A DNA stretch of 32,000 bases from Acaryochloris marina S15 (GTDB taxonomy: Bacteria; Cyanobacteriota; Cyanobacteriia; Thermosynechococcales; Thermosynechococcaceae), in contig NZ_CP064923.1 of assembly GCF_018336915.1 (NCBI RefSeq), positions 4,920,001 to 4,952,000 of the forward strand, read 5' to 3'. A program made the position numbers and the translations under genes. Shown one piece after another: positions 9,901 through 17,646 of the stretch. How positions within the stretch are numbered: position 1 is the stretch's first letter; the number at the start of each line of letters is the position of its first letter. The notes beneath the pieces are model-generated. The model made no database searches, was not told the origin of the DNA, and saw only the letters and a list, made by a program, of their open reading frames with translations.

Positions 9901-10200
9901 GAAGCCGTCAAAGCGGATGTGGGGTTAATGAATGCCTTAGTCACCAAACTCCCAGACATTATGGACTCGCCAGAATTCCGCTGGCAGGATGATCGGCACG
10001 AAGACGAGATTGAACGACTATCGGGTTCAGCCCTTCGCTCCCTCCGCCATTTCCTAGACGAAAAAGATCCTCAGCAACATTGGGGCGGCTTAAAACGTAT
10101 CCTCACCCCAGAAGGCGATTACCTCTGGCTTTGCGAGAAACATGCTCGGGAATATGCATCCACCTACAGCGAAGATTATCCAGAGCAGCGCGAACAGTGA
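6937..10200 (+). CDS. Roco-family protein: 14 leucine-rich repeats + Roc GTPase + COR, with a Cys4 motif and an unassigned ~260-aa C-terminal domain
   Basis: 14 x 23-aa LRRs (LxLsxNqLTSlPxELAQLkNLxx). P-loop GEGGVGKT (8038-8061). Switch II WDFGGQE (from 8188). SHID in place of NKxD. COR-like ILKPQWVTEYISKVL. CX7C-X23-CX2C at 9313-9420. The start could instead be the ATG at 6952. Confidence 0.9.
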   Translation: MEPFCMDSVTLMCQIEQAKQTGELYLNNKQLTHVPPELTQLKNLTLLSLSDNNLTSVPPELAQLKNLTALDLSKNQLTHFPPELEQLKNLTLLYLSDNQLTSLPAELAQLQNLKELDLRSNNLASVPPELAQLQNLKELYLSANQLTSLPAELAQLQNLKELYLSANQLTSLPAEVAQLQNLTLLSLSSNKLTSLPAELAQLKNLTALSLRDNKLTSVPAELAQLKNLKELYLRSNQLTSLPAELAQLTNLTLLSLSNNQLMRVPSELAQLKNLEELHLSGNHLLDIPLELAQLTNLTWLYLRSNQLTSVPPELAQLKNLKELDLRDNQLSNISPEILAQGPAAILGHLRAQLKAGQPQWISKLLVVGEGGVGKTSLIRALRNELFDVAESTTHGIDIQTLELQHCQKPGVTMQLNSWDFGGQEIYHATHQFFLTNRSLFVVVWNARLGFEQGKLSYWLKTIRANAPESPILIVASHIDERFADLPFSEFKQQFPQIVGQYTISNKDGQGIPELRQAITNAAADLPLMGEIWPENWLQAATVIRNLPKDQKCISPHQLWQRMTEKHVTQEHHAILAQWLHELGDILFFVDSEDLNDLVILKPQWVTEYISKVLEAEGVINNQGIFTRQCMDQIWSDLELSLHIHFLRLMERFDLSYRTLENKDISLVVERLAFEPSAYQELWEKPTQTEPCKQLSMKFQLSEILPGIPTWFIARQHRFTTGNHWRTGVLLADSPAHKHLGLVKIGRDPSTNVEFLELTVRGPMPHNFFDLLKEGIEVTLNRYPGLKVTRLIPCPDPNQEPCFHEFDYANLIKRLERKQPKNHIECPNCLENIYVPQLLFGLHPTTEAAVFRKIDELNQTTQAGFSDMQSGFSELRELLQREFLRQFRRDQQFPESQCPNVFALRPDDRGMWTKDLDQTRINLQLYCQAPGQWHPTNTPEQPKNGLYTIDVPKKWLQAMAPHMRRLVKVFKYASPLVSPVLGKTLPDIAEAVKADVGLMNALVTKLPDIMDSPEFRWQDDRHEDEIERLSGSALRSLRHFLDEKDPQQHWGGLKRILTPEGDYLWLCEKHAREYASTYSEDYPEQREQ
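7006..7971 (+). repeat. Tandem 69-bp coding repeats (LRR array) inside the Roco gene
   Basis: 14 in-frame 69-bp units. Units 7321-7389 and 7390-7458 are identical at 67 of 69 positions. Confidence 0.9.
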
Positions 10201-10305
10201 TAAGAGATACTGCCCTGGCATAGCCATCCTGCCAAGCTAAAGAATTAAAATTGATTAATACCGAGATTTCTGCCGTCTCTTTTGGCAACATCAGCTTTTG
10301 CACTC

Positions 10306-10460
10306 GCCCCCTAAATTCCCCATCCTGGGGGACTTTGAGCCTATATCTAGGCTAATGAATCTAGACAGTGAGATCTCTAGAGCTGCTGAGGTTCAATTCT
10401 GCCACAGATTCTGTGTGGGTCAAGCAGACAAGTCCCCCACTAGTGGGGGATTTAGGGGGC
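10306..10460. repeat. MITE-like element / long hairpin bounded by ~28-bp imperfect terminal inverted repeats
   Basis: GCCCCCTAAATTCCCCATCCTGGGGGAC (10306-10333) versus GTCCCCCACTAGTGGGGGATTTAGGGGGC (10432-10460). The outer ~14 bp and inner ~8 bp are complementary. The element is intergenic, and the 77-aa ORF over it is probably an artefact. Confidence 0.5.
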
Positions 10461-10709
10461 CATTAGTGGCGTTAAGGCTGTGGAGGATAGGAGGTAGAGC
10501 CGTGTTCAACTATATTTTCCGGTGTTATTAAGTTCGTTATCCTAAGACAATTAAGCATTCTGTAAGCTTGCCCACCCAAGACACCCTAGCAGTGACATAA
10601 GGTTTTTAGCCGGGTCTAATGCCCAAACCCACCCACAGATCAACAGCAATTGACCTCATCCTACGAACCCTTGCTTTAGTATGGTGAAGATCGTTTCCAC
10701 TGCTGACTG

Positions 10710-12014
10710 ATGGCAGTCAAAACCAAAACAAACATCACCCTCACCGAGCATCAACAGACTGCCCTGGACCAGCTCCATGCTTTTTTGGATAGTCCAGAAC
10801 GGCTGTTTGTCCTAGAAGGATATGCAGGCACAGGCAAAACCACCCTATTGCAAGCCTTCGTCTCTCAGCTAAAAGAGCGGGGAGACCGTCGAGACATTGT
10901 TTTTAGTGCCTTTACCAACAAAGCCACTAAAGTTCTAAACCAAATGGTGTCTTCTTGGGGATTGAGCGTCGAATGCCTCACCTGCTGTCAGCTTCTAGGT
11001 CTACGCCCACAGATCAATCCCGAGACAGGGGAACAAGATTTCGTCCTCGATTCAAACGAAGAAAGCTCCTTTGGAAAATTTGCCTTAGTAGTCGTTGACG
11101 AATGCTCCATGGTCAACCGCAACCTGTGGGAGCTATTGCAAACGGAACTATACGCTTTTCACCTCACCACCCAGTTATTATTCGTGGGGGACTCCGCCCA
11201 GCTGCCTCCCATTAATGAACCCACATCCCAAACCTTCCTGGAGATTCCCAACAAAGCTCAGCTGACGGAAGTCATGCGTTATGGCAACTCCATCGGAGTC
11301 TTGGCAGAATCGGTGCGCTGTCATTTAGACACCTACAAACTCCCTACCTTCCATACGGATCTCAATGAAGATAAAACCGAAGGCACCGTAATCCTCCGAC
11401 AAACTGACTGGACCCAACAGCTCCTCCGAGCCTTTACCAGTGAAAAAGGCCAGGAAGATTCTGATTATGTCCGAGCCTTGGCCTATACCAACAAACGGGT
11501 CGCCCATCTCAATCAGCAAATTCGTAACGCTATCTTTGGCAAAGAGGCTTGCCGCTTTGTCCCCGGCGAACGACTAATTGCCACGGGTCCTGTGTTTCGG
11601 CGTAAGGATGAAATCGTCATGCAAACCTCCTCCGAATGCTGGGTGGAGGATGCCTATGAGGACAGCTCCTCTGGTTGGCAGGTCTGGCGACTATTTGTGG
11701 TCACCGATGCCAACTTTGATGTCGAGGTCACCGTTCTGCATGAGTCAGAACATCAACGATTTCAAAAAGAACTCAAACGCCTAGCAGACGGCAAACAATG
11801 GCAAGATTTCTGGATCCTCAAGCAACAACGATTTGCCAACCTAAACTATAGCTACGCCTTAACCGTCCATAAGTCTCAAGGCTCTACCTTTCAGAATGTC
11901 TTCGTTGACCTCCCCAACCTAATGCGCAACAGCAATATTCGCGAACGCAACCAGCTACTTTATGTCGCCGTCACCCGATCAGCCAAAAGGCTGTTTGTAT
12001 GCAAAGCCCGCTAA
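10710..12014 (+). CDS. SF1B ATP-dependent DNA helicase, RecD/Dda-like
   Basis: Walker A GYAGTGKTTLL. Walker B VVVDECSMV. C-terminal YALTVHKSQGSTF...LLYVAVTRSAKRLFV. At 434 aa it has the size and layout of Dda-type helicases. Confidence 0.85.
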   Translation: MAVKTKTNITLTEHQQTALDQLHAFLDSPERLFVLEGYAGTGKTTLLQAFVSQLKERGDRRDIVFSAFTNKATKVLNQMVSSWGLSVECLTCCQLLGLRPQINPETGEQDFVLDSNEESSFGKFALVVVDECSMVNRNLWELLQTELYAFHLTTQLLFVGDSAQLPPINEPTSQTFLEIPNKAQLTEVMRYGNSIGVLAESVRCHLDTYKLPTFHTDLNEDKTEGTVILRQTDWTQQLLRAFTSEKGQEDSDYVRALAYTNKRVAHLNQQIRNAIFGKEACRFVPGERLIATGPVFRRKDEIVMQTSSECWVEDAYEDSSSGWQVWRLFVVTDANFDVEVTVLHESEHQRFQKELKRLADGKQWQDFWILKQQRFANLNYSYALTVHKSQGSTFQNVFVDLPNLMRNSNIRERNQLLYVAVTRSAKRLFVCKAR

Positions 12015-12037
12015 TCCATACCCAGGAAAGGTCGCAG

Positions 12038-12058
12038 AGAATATACAATTCTTTTTTT
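12038..12058 (+). terminator. Weak candidate intrinsic terminator after the helicase gene
   Basis: AGAAT (12038-12042) / ATTCT (12048-12052) with a 5-nt loop, followed by a T6 run. The stem is short and AT-rich. Confidence 0.2.
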
Positions 12059-12402
12059 AAATGTCTTTGAAACTTCTACAGAAGTTATACAAGTACAACT
12101 TGTGATTGAACACTATCTCAACCCTGGCCTTGTAATACTAATGATGTGGAGAAAAAACAAACCCCTCCAAACCCACTCTTAAACAAAGCATCATCCAGTG
12201 AACACTCCTACACTACTCACCACACAATCCCAGGCAGTCCGGATGATGACTCCAGTGATGTCCCACCCATCACACTCCCAAGAAAATACCCCGACTGCAA
12301 AAGCAATCGAGGTACGACAGACACATGATGGGAACACAACAACGTTTCAGGTAGAAGCCAAAGAAAAAGGCAACTGAAACAAAAAACAAGGAAAAGAAAA
12401 AA

Positions 12403-15400
12403 TTAAAAAGCAACAACAGGGCTAGCGTAATAGAAAGAAGAATCAGCCAAAGAAAGCTGAGAAGCGCCAGAAATTGTTGCAATTAACTCATCAGAACCAC
12501 CCACTTGACCATCTTGGTTGGTATCTAGATAAAGATTTGCGCCTTGAGCGGTAGATCCTAATACATAGTCAGCAGCAGATCCGGCGAGCTGAATCTTGTC
12601 TTCTTGGGCATTGAAGTCCGTAATCATGGCAAAGTCATTTGTACCTGCCAGTAGGTCGTCGCCATCGTTATAGAAGGCAACTGCATTACCGAGAATAAAG
12701 TGGTCTTCACCAGCACCCCCTGTAAGCCGATCTACAGATCCTTGGCCAAAGCCAGCGTTGGGATCGACACCGACTAAAATATCGTTACCCGCTCCACCGA
12801 TGAGGGTGTCATTGCCAAAGCCACCTTCTAAGATGTCATCGCCTTGGTTGCCGGATAGGCGGTCGTTTCCATTGTTGCCCAAGACAATATCGTTGCCTTC
12901 GCCACCAAACAACACGTCATGACGAATTGCAGAGACGGATTCAAATACAGTGACATCATCAAGATAACCACCTAGACTGTCATCCTTACCTGCTGCTCTA
13001 AATTCTAGAGCAGTCGTCCCGCCTTCACCCGCTTCAACTGTGTAGGTATAGGTTTTCCAGTCTTCAGTCTTGCTAACTCCAGTGATGGTGTCTAGAAGCT
13101 CTCCATTCCAGTAGACTTCAACAGGGTTACTGGTTTCAGCCACACCCGGACGAGGAGTGTAAGCAAAGGAGATTTCGTAGGTTTTTCCGGCTTCAGTGTC
13201 TAAGTTTTGCATCATGCCACTGTTGTCATGACTGTCTAGCTCAATTCGAGCTTTGCCATCATCAGCCTTGCCAAACTGCTGAACTTCAATTCCTTTGCCT
13301 TGAGTGGTTGTCCAGCCCTCAACGGAGCCAAACACACCCCAGTTACGATTGCCGAGCTGGTTCTCTTCAAAGCTACCGTTAGCGACTAAGTTGCGAGGTG
13401 CAATAATATCTTCTGCACCACCGTCAATAATGTCGTTGCCGGTGCCACCGTAAATTGTGTCGTTGCCCGTGCCACCGTTGAGGATGTCATGGCCCGCATC
13501 ACCATACATGCGGTCTGCACCTTCGTTGCCGACAATAATATCTTCGCCTTCGCCACCGTACAGCTTATCTTTACCCGCACCACCGAGGACAACATCGTTG
13601 CCCGTGCCACCGTAGATTAAGTCGCGGCCTTCGTCTCCACTTAAAACATCATGACCCGCTTCACCGTAGAGGCTATCGTTGCCTGTCCCACCAGACATCC
13701 AATAGTCGTCGCCGGCACCACCCACTAACTTGTCACGGCCTGCCTCGCCTTCAAGGATATCGTGACCGTCTTGGCCGAGGAGCGTATCATTACCTGCGCC
13801 ACCTTTGAGGACATCATGGCCTGCACCACCATCTACAAAATCGCGTCCTGCGCCACCTTCAGCATAGTCTTCGCCTGCGCCAGCATATAAGGTGTCACGA
13901 CCTTCATCGCCGAAGAGGGCGTCGTTGTCGAGGCCACCTTCAATATAGTCACGGCCCTTACCGCCACTTAAGACATCATGACCGGCTTCACCGTAAAGAC
14001 TATCGTTGCCTGTCCCACCAGACATCCAGTAGTCATCGCCAGCTCCACCCATCAATTCGTCGTGGCCTGCTTCACCTTCTAATACATCATTTCCGTCTTG
14101 GCCGAGCAGGGTGTCATTACCTGTGCCACCTTTGAGGACATCATGACCGGCTCCACCATCGATCAGGTCGCTGCCTTTGCCGCCTTCTGCATAATCGTCA
14201 CCTTCTCCAGCGAATAGGGTGTCTTTACCCTCATCACCGAAGAGGGCGTCATTGTCGAGACCACCGTCCAAGTAGTCATGGCCCTTACCACCACTTAAAA
14301 CATCATGACCCGCTTCACCATACAGACTATCGTTGCCAGTACCACCAGACATCCAGTAGTCATCACCGGCACCACCGATTAACTCATCATGGCCGGCTTC
14401 ACCTTCAATAATGTCATGACCGTCTTGACCCAGAAGAGTGTCATTGCCACTGCCACCTTTAATGTGGTCATGGCCTGCTCCACCATCGACAAGATCACTG
14501 CCCTTGCCGCCTTCAGCATAATCGTCACCTTCGCCTGCAAATAGGGTGTCTTTGCCTTCATCTCCAAAAAGTGCGTCATTATCAAGGCCACCTTCAAGGT
14601 AGTCATGGCCTTTGCCACCACTTAAGACATCATGACCGGCTTCACCGTAAAGACTATCGTTACCTGTCCCACCGGTCATCCAATAGTCATCACCAGCACC
14701 ACCCATCAATTCGTCATGGCCTGCTTCACCTTCTAGAATGTCGTGACCGTCTTGACCCAAAAGGGTGTCATTGCCGCTGCCACCTTTGATGTGATCATGG
14801 CCTGCACCGCCATCGACTAAGTCGCGACCAGTGCCACCATCTGCATAATCTTCACCTTCACCACCAAGAAGGACATCATGCCCTTGGTTCCCCTGGAGAT
14901 TGTCATTATCAGCGCCCCCGGCGAGATAGTCATTCCCTTTTCCACCCGTTAGGAAGTCATTACCAGCTTCTCCATAGAGGCTGTCATTCCCTTTTCCACC
15001 AGAGACAAAGTAGTCGTCACCCGCGCCGCCAATGAGTTTGTCATGGCCCACTTCACCTTCGATCACATCATGGCCGTCTTGCCCTAGAAGGGTATCGCTA
15101 CCGCTGCCGCCTTTGATATGGTCATGGCCTGCACCGCCGTCTACCAAATCGTTGCCAGTACCGCCGTCTGCATAGTCTTCGCCTTCTCCTGCAAATAGGG
15201 TATCTTTACCTTCATTCCCGGATAGATTATCGTTGCCAGTGCCGCCTTCGATATAGTCGTTGCCGGTGCCACCGGTCAGGTAGTCTTCACCGGCTTCTCC
15301 GTATAAGCTATCGTTGCCAGCACCACCGGAAACCCAATAGTCATTGCCTGCACCACCGATTAACTCGTCATTTCCACCTTCACCATCGATGATGTCGTGA

Positions 15401-15966
15401 CCATCTTGACCGAGGAGGGTATCGTTACCACTGCCACCCTTAATGTGGTCATGGCCGGCCCCACCGTCTACGAGGTCATGGCCTTGGCCGCCGTTGGCAT
15501 AGTCTTCATTATCGCCACCATAGAGGCTATCGTTCCCCTGGTCACCACTGAGATTATCGTTATCTGCACCGCCTGCGAGGTAGTCATGGCCAGTGCCACC
15601 GCTCATAACATCGCTATTCCCTTCACCGTAGAGGCTGTCGTTGCCTGCCCCACCGGACATCCAGTAATCGTCGCCAGCGCCACCGACTAGTTTGTCATTC
15701 CCGGCTCCGCCTTCGAGGATATCGTGGCCGTCTTGACCAAGAAGCGTATCGTGTCCACTGCCGCCTTTAATGTGGTCATGGTTGGCACCACCGTCTACTA
15801 AGTCATTGCCTTGACCGCCATCTGCAAAGTCTTCACCTTGACCAGCAAGTAGGGTGTCATCCCCTTTTTCACCGACCAGATTATCGTTACCAAGGTCTCC
15901 TAGAATCATGTCTTCTTCTAAGGAGCCGACTAATAAATCGTCATTCTCAGTTCCGAATACCTGCAT
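12403..15966 (-). CDS. Large RTX-type (hemolysin-type Ca-binding nonapeptide) repeat protein with an embedded beta-sandwich-like domain
   Basis: 1187 aa, dominated by GGxGxDxLx nonapeptides. No N-terminal signal peptide. Acidic, repeat-poor C-terminus, consistent with a type I secretion substrate. Confidence 0.9.
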   Translation of the reverse strand: MQVFGTENDDLLVGSLEEDMILGDLGNDNLVGEKGDDTLLAGQGEDFADGGQGNDLVDGGANHDHIKGGSGHDTLLGQDGHDILEGGAGNDKLVGGAGDDYWMSGGAGNDSLYGEGNSDVMSGGTGHDYLAGGADNDNLSGDQGNDSLYGGDNEDYANGGQGHDLVDGGAGHDHIKGGSGNDTLLGQDGHDIIDGEGGNDELIGGAGNDYWVSGGAGNDSLYGEAGEDYLTGGTGNDYIEGGTGNDNLSGNEGKDTLFAGEGEDYADGGTGNDLVDGGAGHDHIKGGSGSDTLLGQDGHDVIEGEVGHDKLIGGAGDDYFVSGGKGNDSLYGEAGNDFLTGGKGNDYLAGGADNDNLQGNQGHDVLLGGEGEDYADGGTGRDLVDGGAGHDHIKGGSGNDTLLGQDGHDILEGEAGHDELMGGAGDDYWMTGGTGNDSLYGEAGHDVLSGGKGHDYLEGGLDNDALFGDEGKDTLFAGEGDDYAEGGKGSDLVDGGAGHDHIKGGSGNDTLLGQDGHDIIEGEAGHDELIGGAGDDYWMSGGTGNDSLYGEAGHDVLSGGKGHDYLDGGLDNDALFGDEGKDTLFAGEGDDYAEGGKGSDLIDGGAGHDVLKGGTGNDTLLGQDGNDVLEGEAGHDELMGGAGDDYWMSGGTGNDSLYGEAGHDVLSGGKGRDYIEGGLDNDALFGDEGRDTLYAGAGEDYAEGGAGRDFVDGGAGHDVLKGGAGNDTLLGQDGHDILEGEAGRDKLVGGAGDDYWMSGGTGNDSLYGEAGHDVLSGDEGRDLIYGGTGNDVVLGGAGKDKLYGGEGEDIIVGNEGADRMYGDAGHDILNGGTGNDTIYGGTGNDIIDGGAEDIIAPRNLVANGSFEENQLGNRNWGVFGSVEGWTTTQGKGIEVQQFGKADDGKARIELDSHDNSGMMQNLDTEAGKTYEISFAYTPRPGVAETSNPVEVYWNGELLDTITGVSKTEDWKTYTYTVEAGEGGTTALEFRAAGKDDSLGGYLDDVTVFESVSAIRHDVLFGGEGNDIVLGNNGNDRLSGNQGDDILEGGFGNDTLIGGAGNDILVGVDPNAGFGQGSVDRLTGGAGEDHFILGNAVAFYNDGDDLLAGTNDFAMITDFNAQEDKIQLAGSAADYVLGSTAQGANLYLDTNQDGQVGGSDELIATISGASQLSLADSSFYYASPVVAF
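13480..15820 (-). repeat. About 7 tandem 327-bp (109-aa, 12-nonapeptide) super-repeats within the RTX gene
   Basis: The marker G(A/T)CATCCA(A/G)T recurs at 13694, 14021, 14348 and 14675, exactly 327 bp apart. The protein motif GGAGHD(H/V)(I/L)KGG(S/T/A)G recurs 7 times. The outer boundaries are approximate. Confidence 0.85.
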
Positions 15967-16249
15967 AATTTTGGCCTATCTCTCGTGTATATATTCAGGC
16001 TATTCATTGCAGTTAGCTTGAAGGTCAACAAAAATAGGCATAAGAATAACTTATGAATTGTACTTTTTAAGCGCTGTATTCTTTTACTAGAAAGGGTTCA
16101 GGTTTATTTTTATTTTCAAACAAATTTTTTTCTTTTAAGCGGTGTCATCCGTAGAATTATGAATTTTTTTTTGAGTATTGGGGGAACAAATCGTCTCAAG
16201 AGCTGCTAACTTATGGGAGTAAATCAGGCTATTTAATGCAGGTGAACTG

Positions 16250-17071
16250 ATGGGGGGCAAGAGAAAAAAAACTTGGCGACGACGCGTTTTCGAAATCTTA
16301 GAAGTGGCCGATGCCGGTGATCGAGCTAGCCAAATCTTCGATATCAGCTTGTTGGTGCTAATTTTGGCCAACTTGGTGGTGATTACCCTAGAAACGGTGG
16401 AAGGATTAACCACACAGTATCGAAGCTATTTTGAGATCTGTGAGACCGTCAGCATTACGATCTTTACGATTGAATATCTGCTACGAATCTGGTCCTGTAC
16501 GGCCTCTCCAGACTTCAAACATCCCCTATTAGGGCGAGTTAAATTTCTATTTACACCGCTCGCGTTGATTGACTTGATGGCCCTGGCACCGTTTTATTTA
16601 CCGTTACTGATTCCCATCGACATCCGGTTTATTCGCTTTATCCGACTGCTGAGAGTTTTACGGTTATTTAAGCTCAGTCGATATTTTCAGTCGTTTCAAG
16701 TCTTAGGCAATATCCTAAAGTCAAAACGAGATGAGTTATTAGTCACCCTGATGGGGGTTTTAGGCTTACTATGGCTGGCCTCTACGTTGATGTACTTTAT
16801 TGAGCATGATGCTCAGCCTGAGGCCTTTGCCAATATTCCAGCCACCATGTGGTGGGGGGTGGCGACTCTGACCACGGTGGGATATGGAGATATCTACCCT
16901 GTAACCACCGCCGGTCGAGTGTTAGGGAGTGTGATTTCGATTTTGGGGATTGGTTTATTTGCTTTGCCAACGGGGATTTTGGCTTCTGGATTTACGGAAG
17001 AATTAGATCGGCGAAAACAATTACCTACAAATGAATCCAGCACTTGTCCACATTGTGGAAAACTTTTATAG
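16250..17071 (+). CDS. Voltage-gated (6-TM, KvAP-like) potassium channel
   Basis: S4 segment IRFIRFIRLLRVLRLFKLSRY. Pore and selectivity filter WWGVATLTTVGYGD (16871-16891). AGGTGA lies upstream of the ATG. Confidence 0.9.
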   Translation: MGGKRKKTWRRRVFEILEVADAGDRASQIFDISLLVLILANLVVITLETVEGLTTQYRSYFEICETVSITIFTIEYLLRIWSCTASPDFKHPLLGRVKFLFTPLALIDLMALAPFYLPLLIPIDIRFIRFIRLLRVLRLFKLSRYFQSFQVLGNILKSKRDELLVTLMGVLGLLWLASTLMYFIEHDAQPEAFANIPATMWWGVATLTTVGYGDIYPVTTAGRVLGSVISILGIGLFALPTGILASGFTEELDRRKQLPTNESSTCPHCGKLL

Positions 17072-17121
17072 GACCATTTTTCTCACTCTCTTCCAGATTG
17101 AGCCAGGAAACCCTAAAAAAA

Positions 17122-17445
17122 ATGACAACAGAAATTTCAGTTGAATCCATCGATGGTGTGTTGAGTGTTAGAACAGCCAATGGACCGAGGGATTATATCT
17201 TGTGGCAATGGACTGAATCGGCACCACACGACATCTATGTTGAGTTTAATAACCCAAGCCATGGTGAATACAATTCCATTGATGAATGCACTGTCATGCT
17301 GGATGGAGTGCATATTGTTACCTCAGATCAGGACCTGATTCACTTCTACTTTGATGGCATCAGCCAAGCACTATATTCAAAGTTCAGTCATGGCTTAAAA
17401 CAAATCTACGCTTTCGTACCCGATATTCTGGCAGTTCTCGATTGA
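17122..17445 (+). CDS. Hypothetical protein (107 aa)
   Basis: ORF 17044..17445 trimmed to its first ATG (17122). The TTG start at 17044 would overlap the channel gene. No motif recognised. Confidence 0.5.
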   Translation: MTTEISVESIDGVLSVRTANGPRDYILWQWTESAPHDIYVEFNNPSHGEYNSIDECTVMLDGVHIVTSDQDLIHFYFDGISQALYSKFSHGLKQIYAFVPDILAVLD

Positions 17446-17646
17446 GGGATCTTAACTGATCTGCCGATGGTCTCACCCTCTGAAAGATATGTTGAGCTGA
17501 ATCTATACATGGTTCGGACAATGTGGGTGTGCTAGCGTGGAAGCTCCGTTTGCGGGACTTGAGTGCGACTTCCGAACTCCATCTTGAAAATGGCGCAAGT
17601 CTGTCGTGCCACTACTCCCCAAGCGGGCTGATTTATATCTAAGACA

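Noticed and set aside
10298-10531. 77-aa ORF spanning the intergenic region after the Roco gene
   Set aside because: It is translated straight across the two arms of the MITE-like inverted repeat (giving SPTSGGFRG-type peptides). This is typical of repeat-derived pseudo-ORFs.
12146-12482. ORFs 12146..12328 (+) and 12270..12482 (-) between the helicase and RTX genes
   Set aside because: The sequence is A-rich or T-rich and low-complexity. One ORF overlaps the RTX 3' end, and neither has a ribosome-binding site or recognisable domain.
13386-15690. Several 70-97-aa ORFs on both strands inside the RTX gene (13386..13610, 14379..14621, 14571..14789, 15397..15690)
   Set aside because: They are alternative-frame or antisense readings of the GGxGxD repeat DNA. 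Their composition is low-complexity and periodic, and all are fully nested in a 1187-aa ORF with clear family signatures.
16135-16413. 92-aa minus-strand ORF overlapping the K+ channel start
   Set aside because: It overlaps the Shine-Dalgarno-supported channel start and an AT-rich promoter region, its composition is low-complexity, and it has no motif.
17509-17520. GGTTCGGA resembling a tRNA T-arm (GGTTCGAAT) or the GGUCCGA Ro-binding element of Y RNAs
   Set aside because: The T-loop consensus TTCRA is not met (the sequence here is TTCGG). No acceptor or anticodon arms can be drawn, so it is not a tRNA. The Y-RNA resemblance is too short to be evidence on its own.
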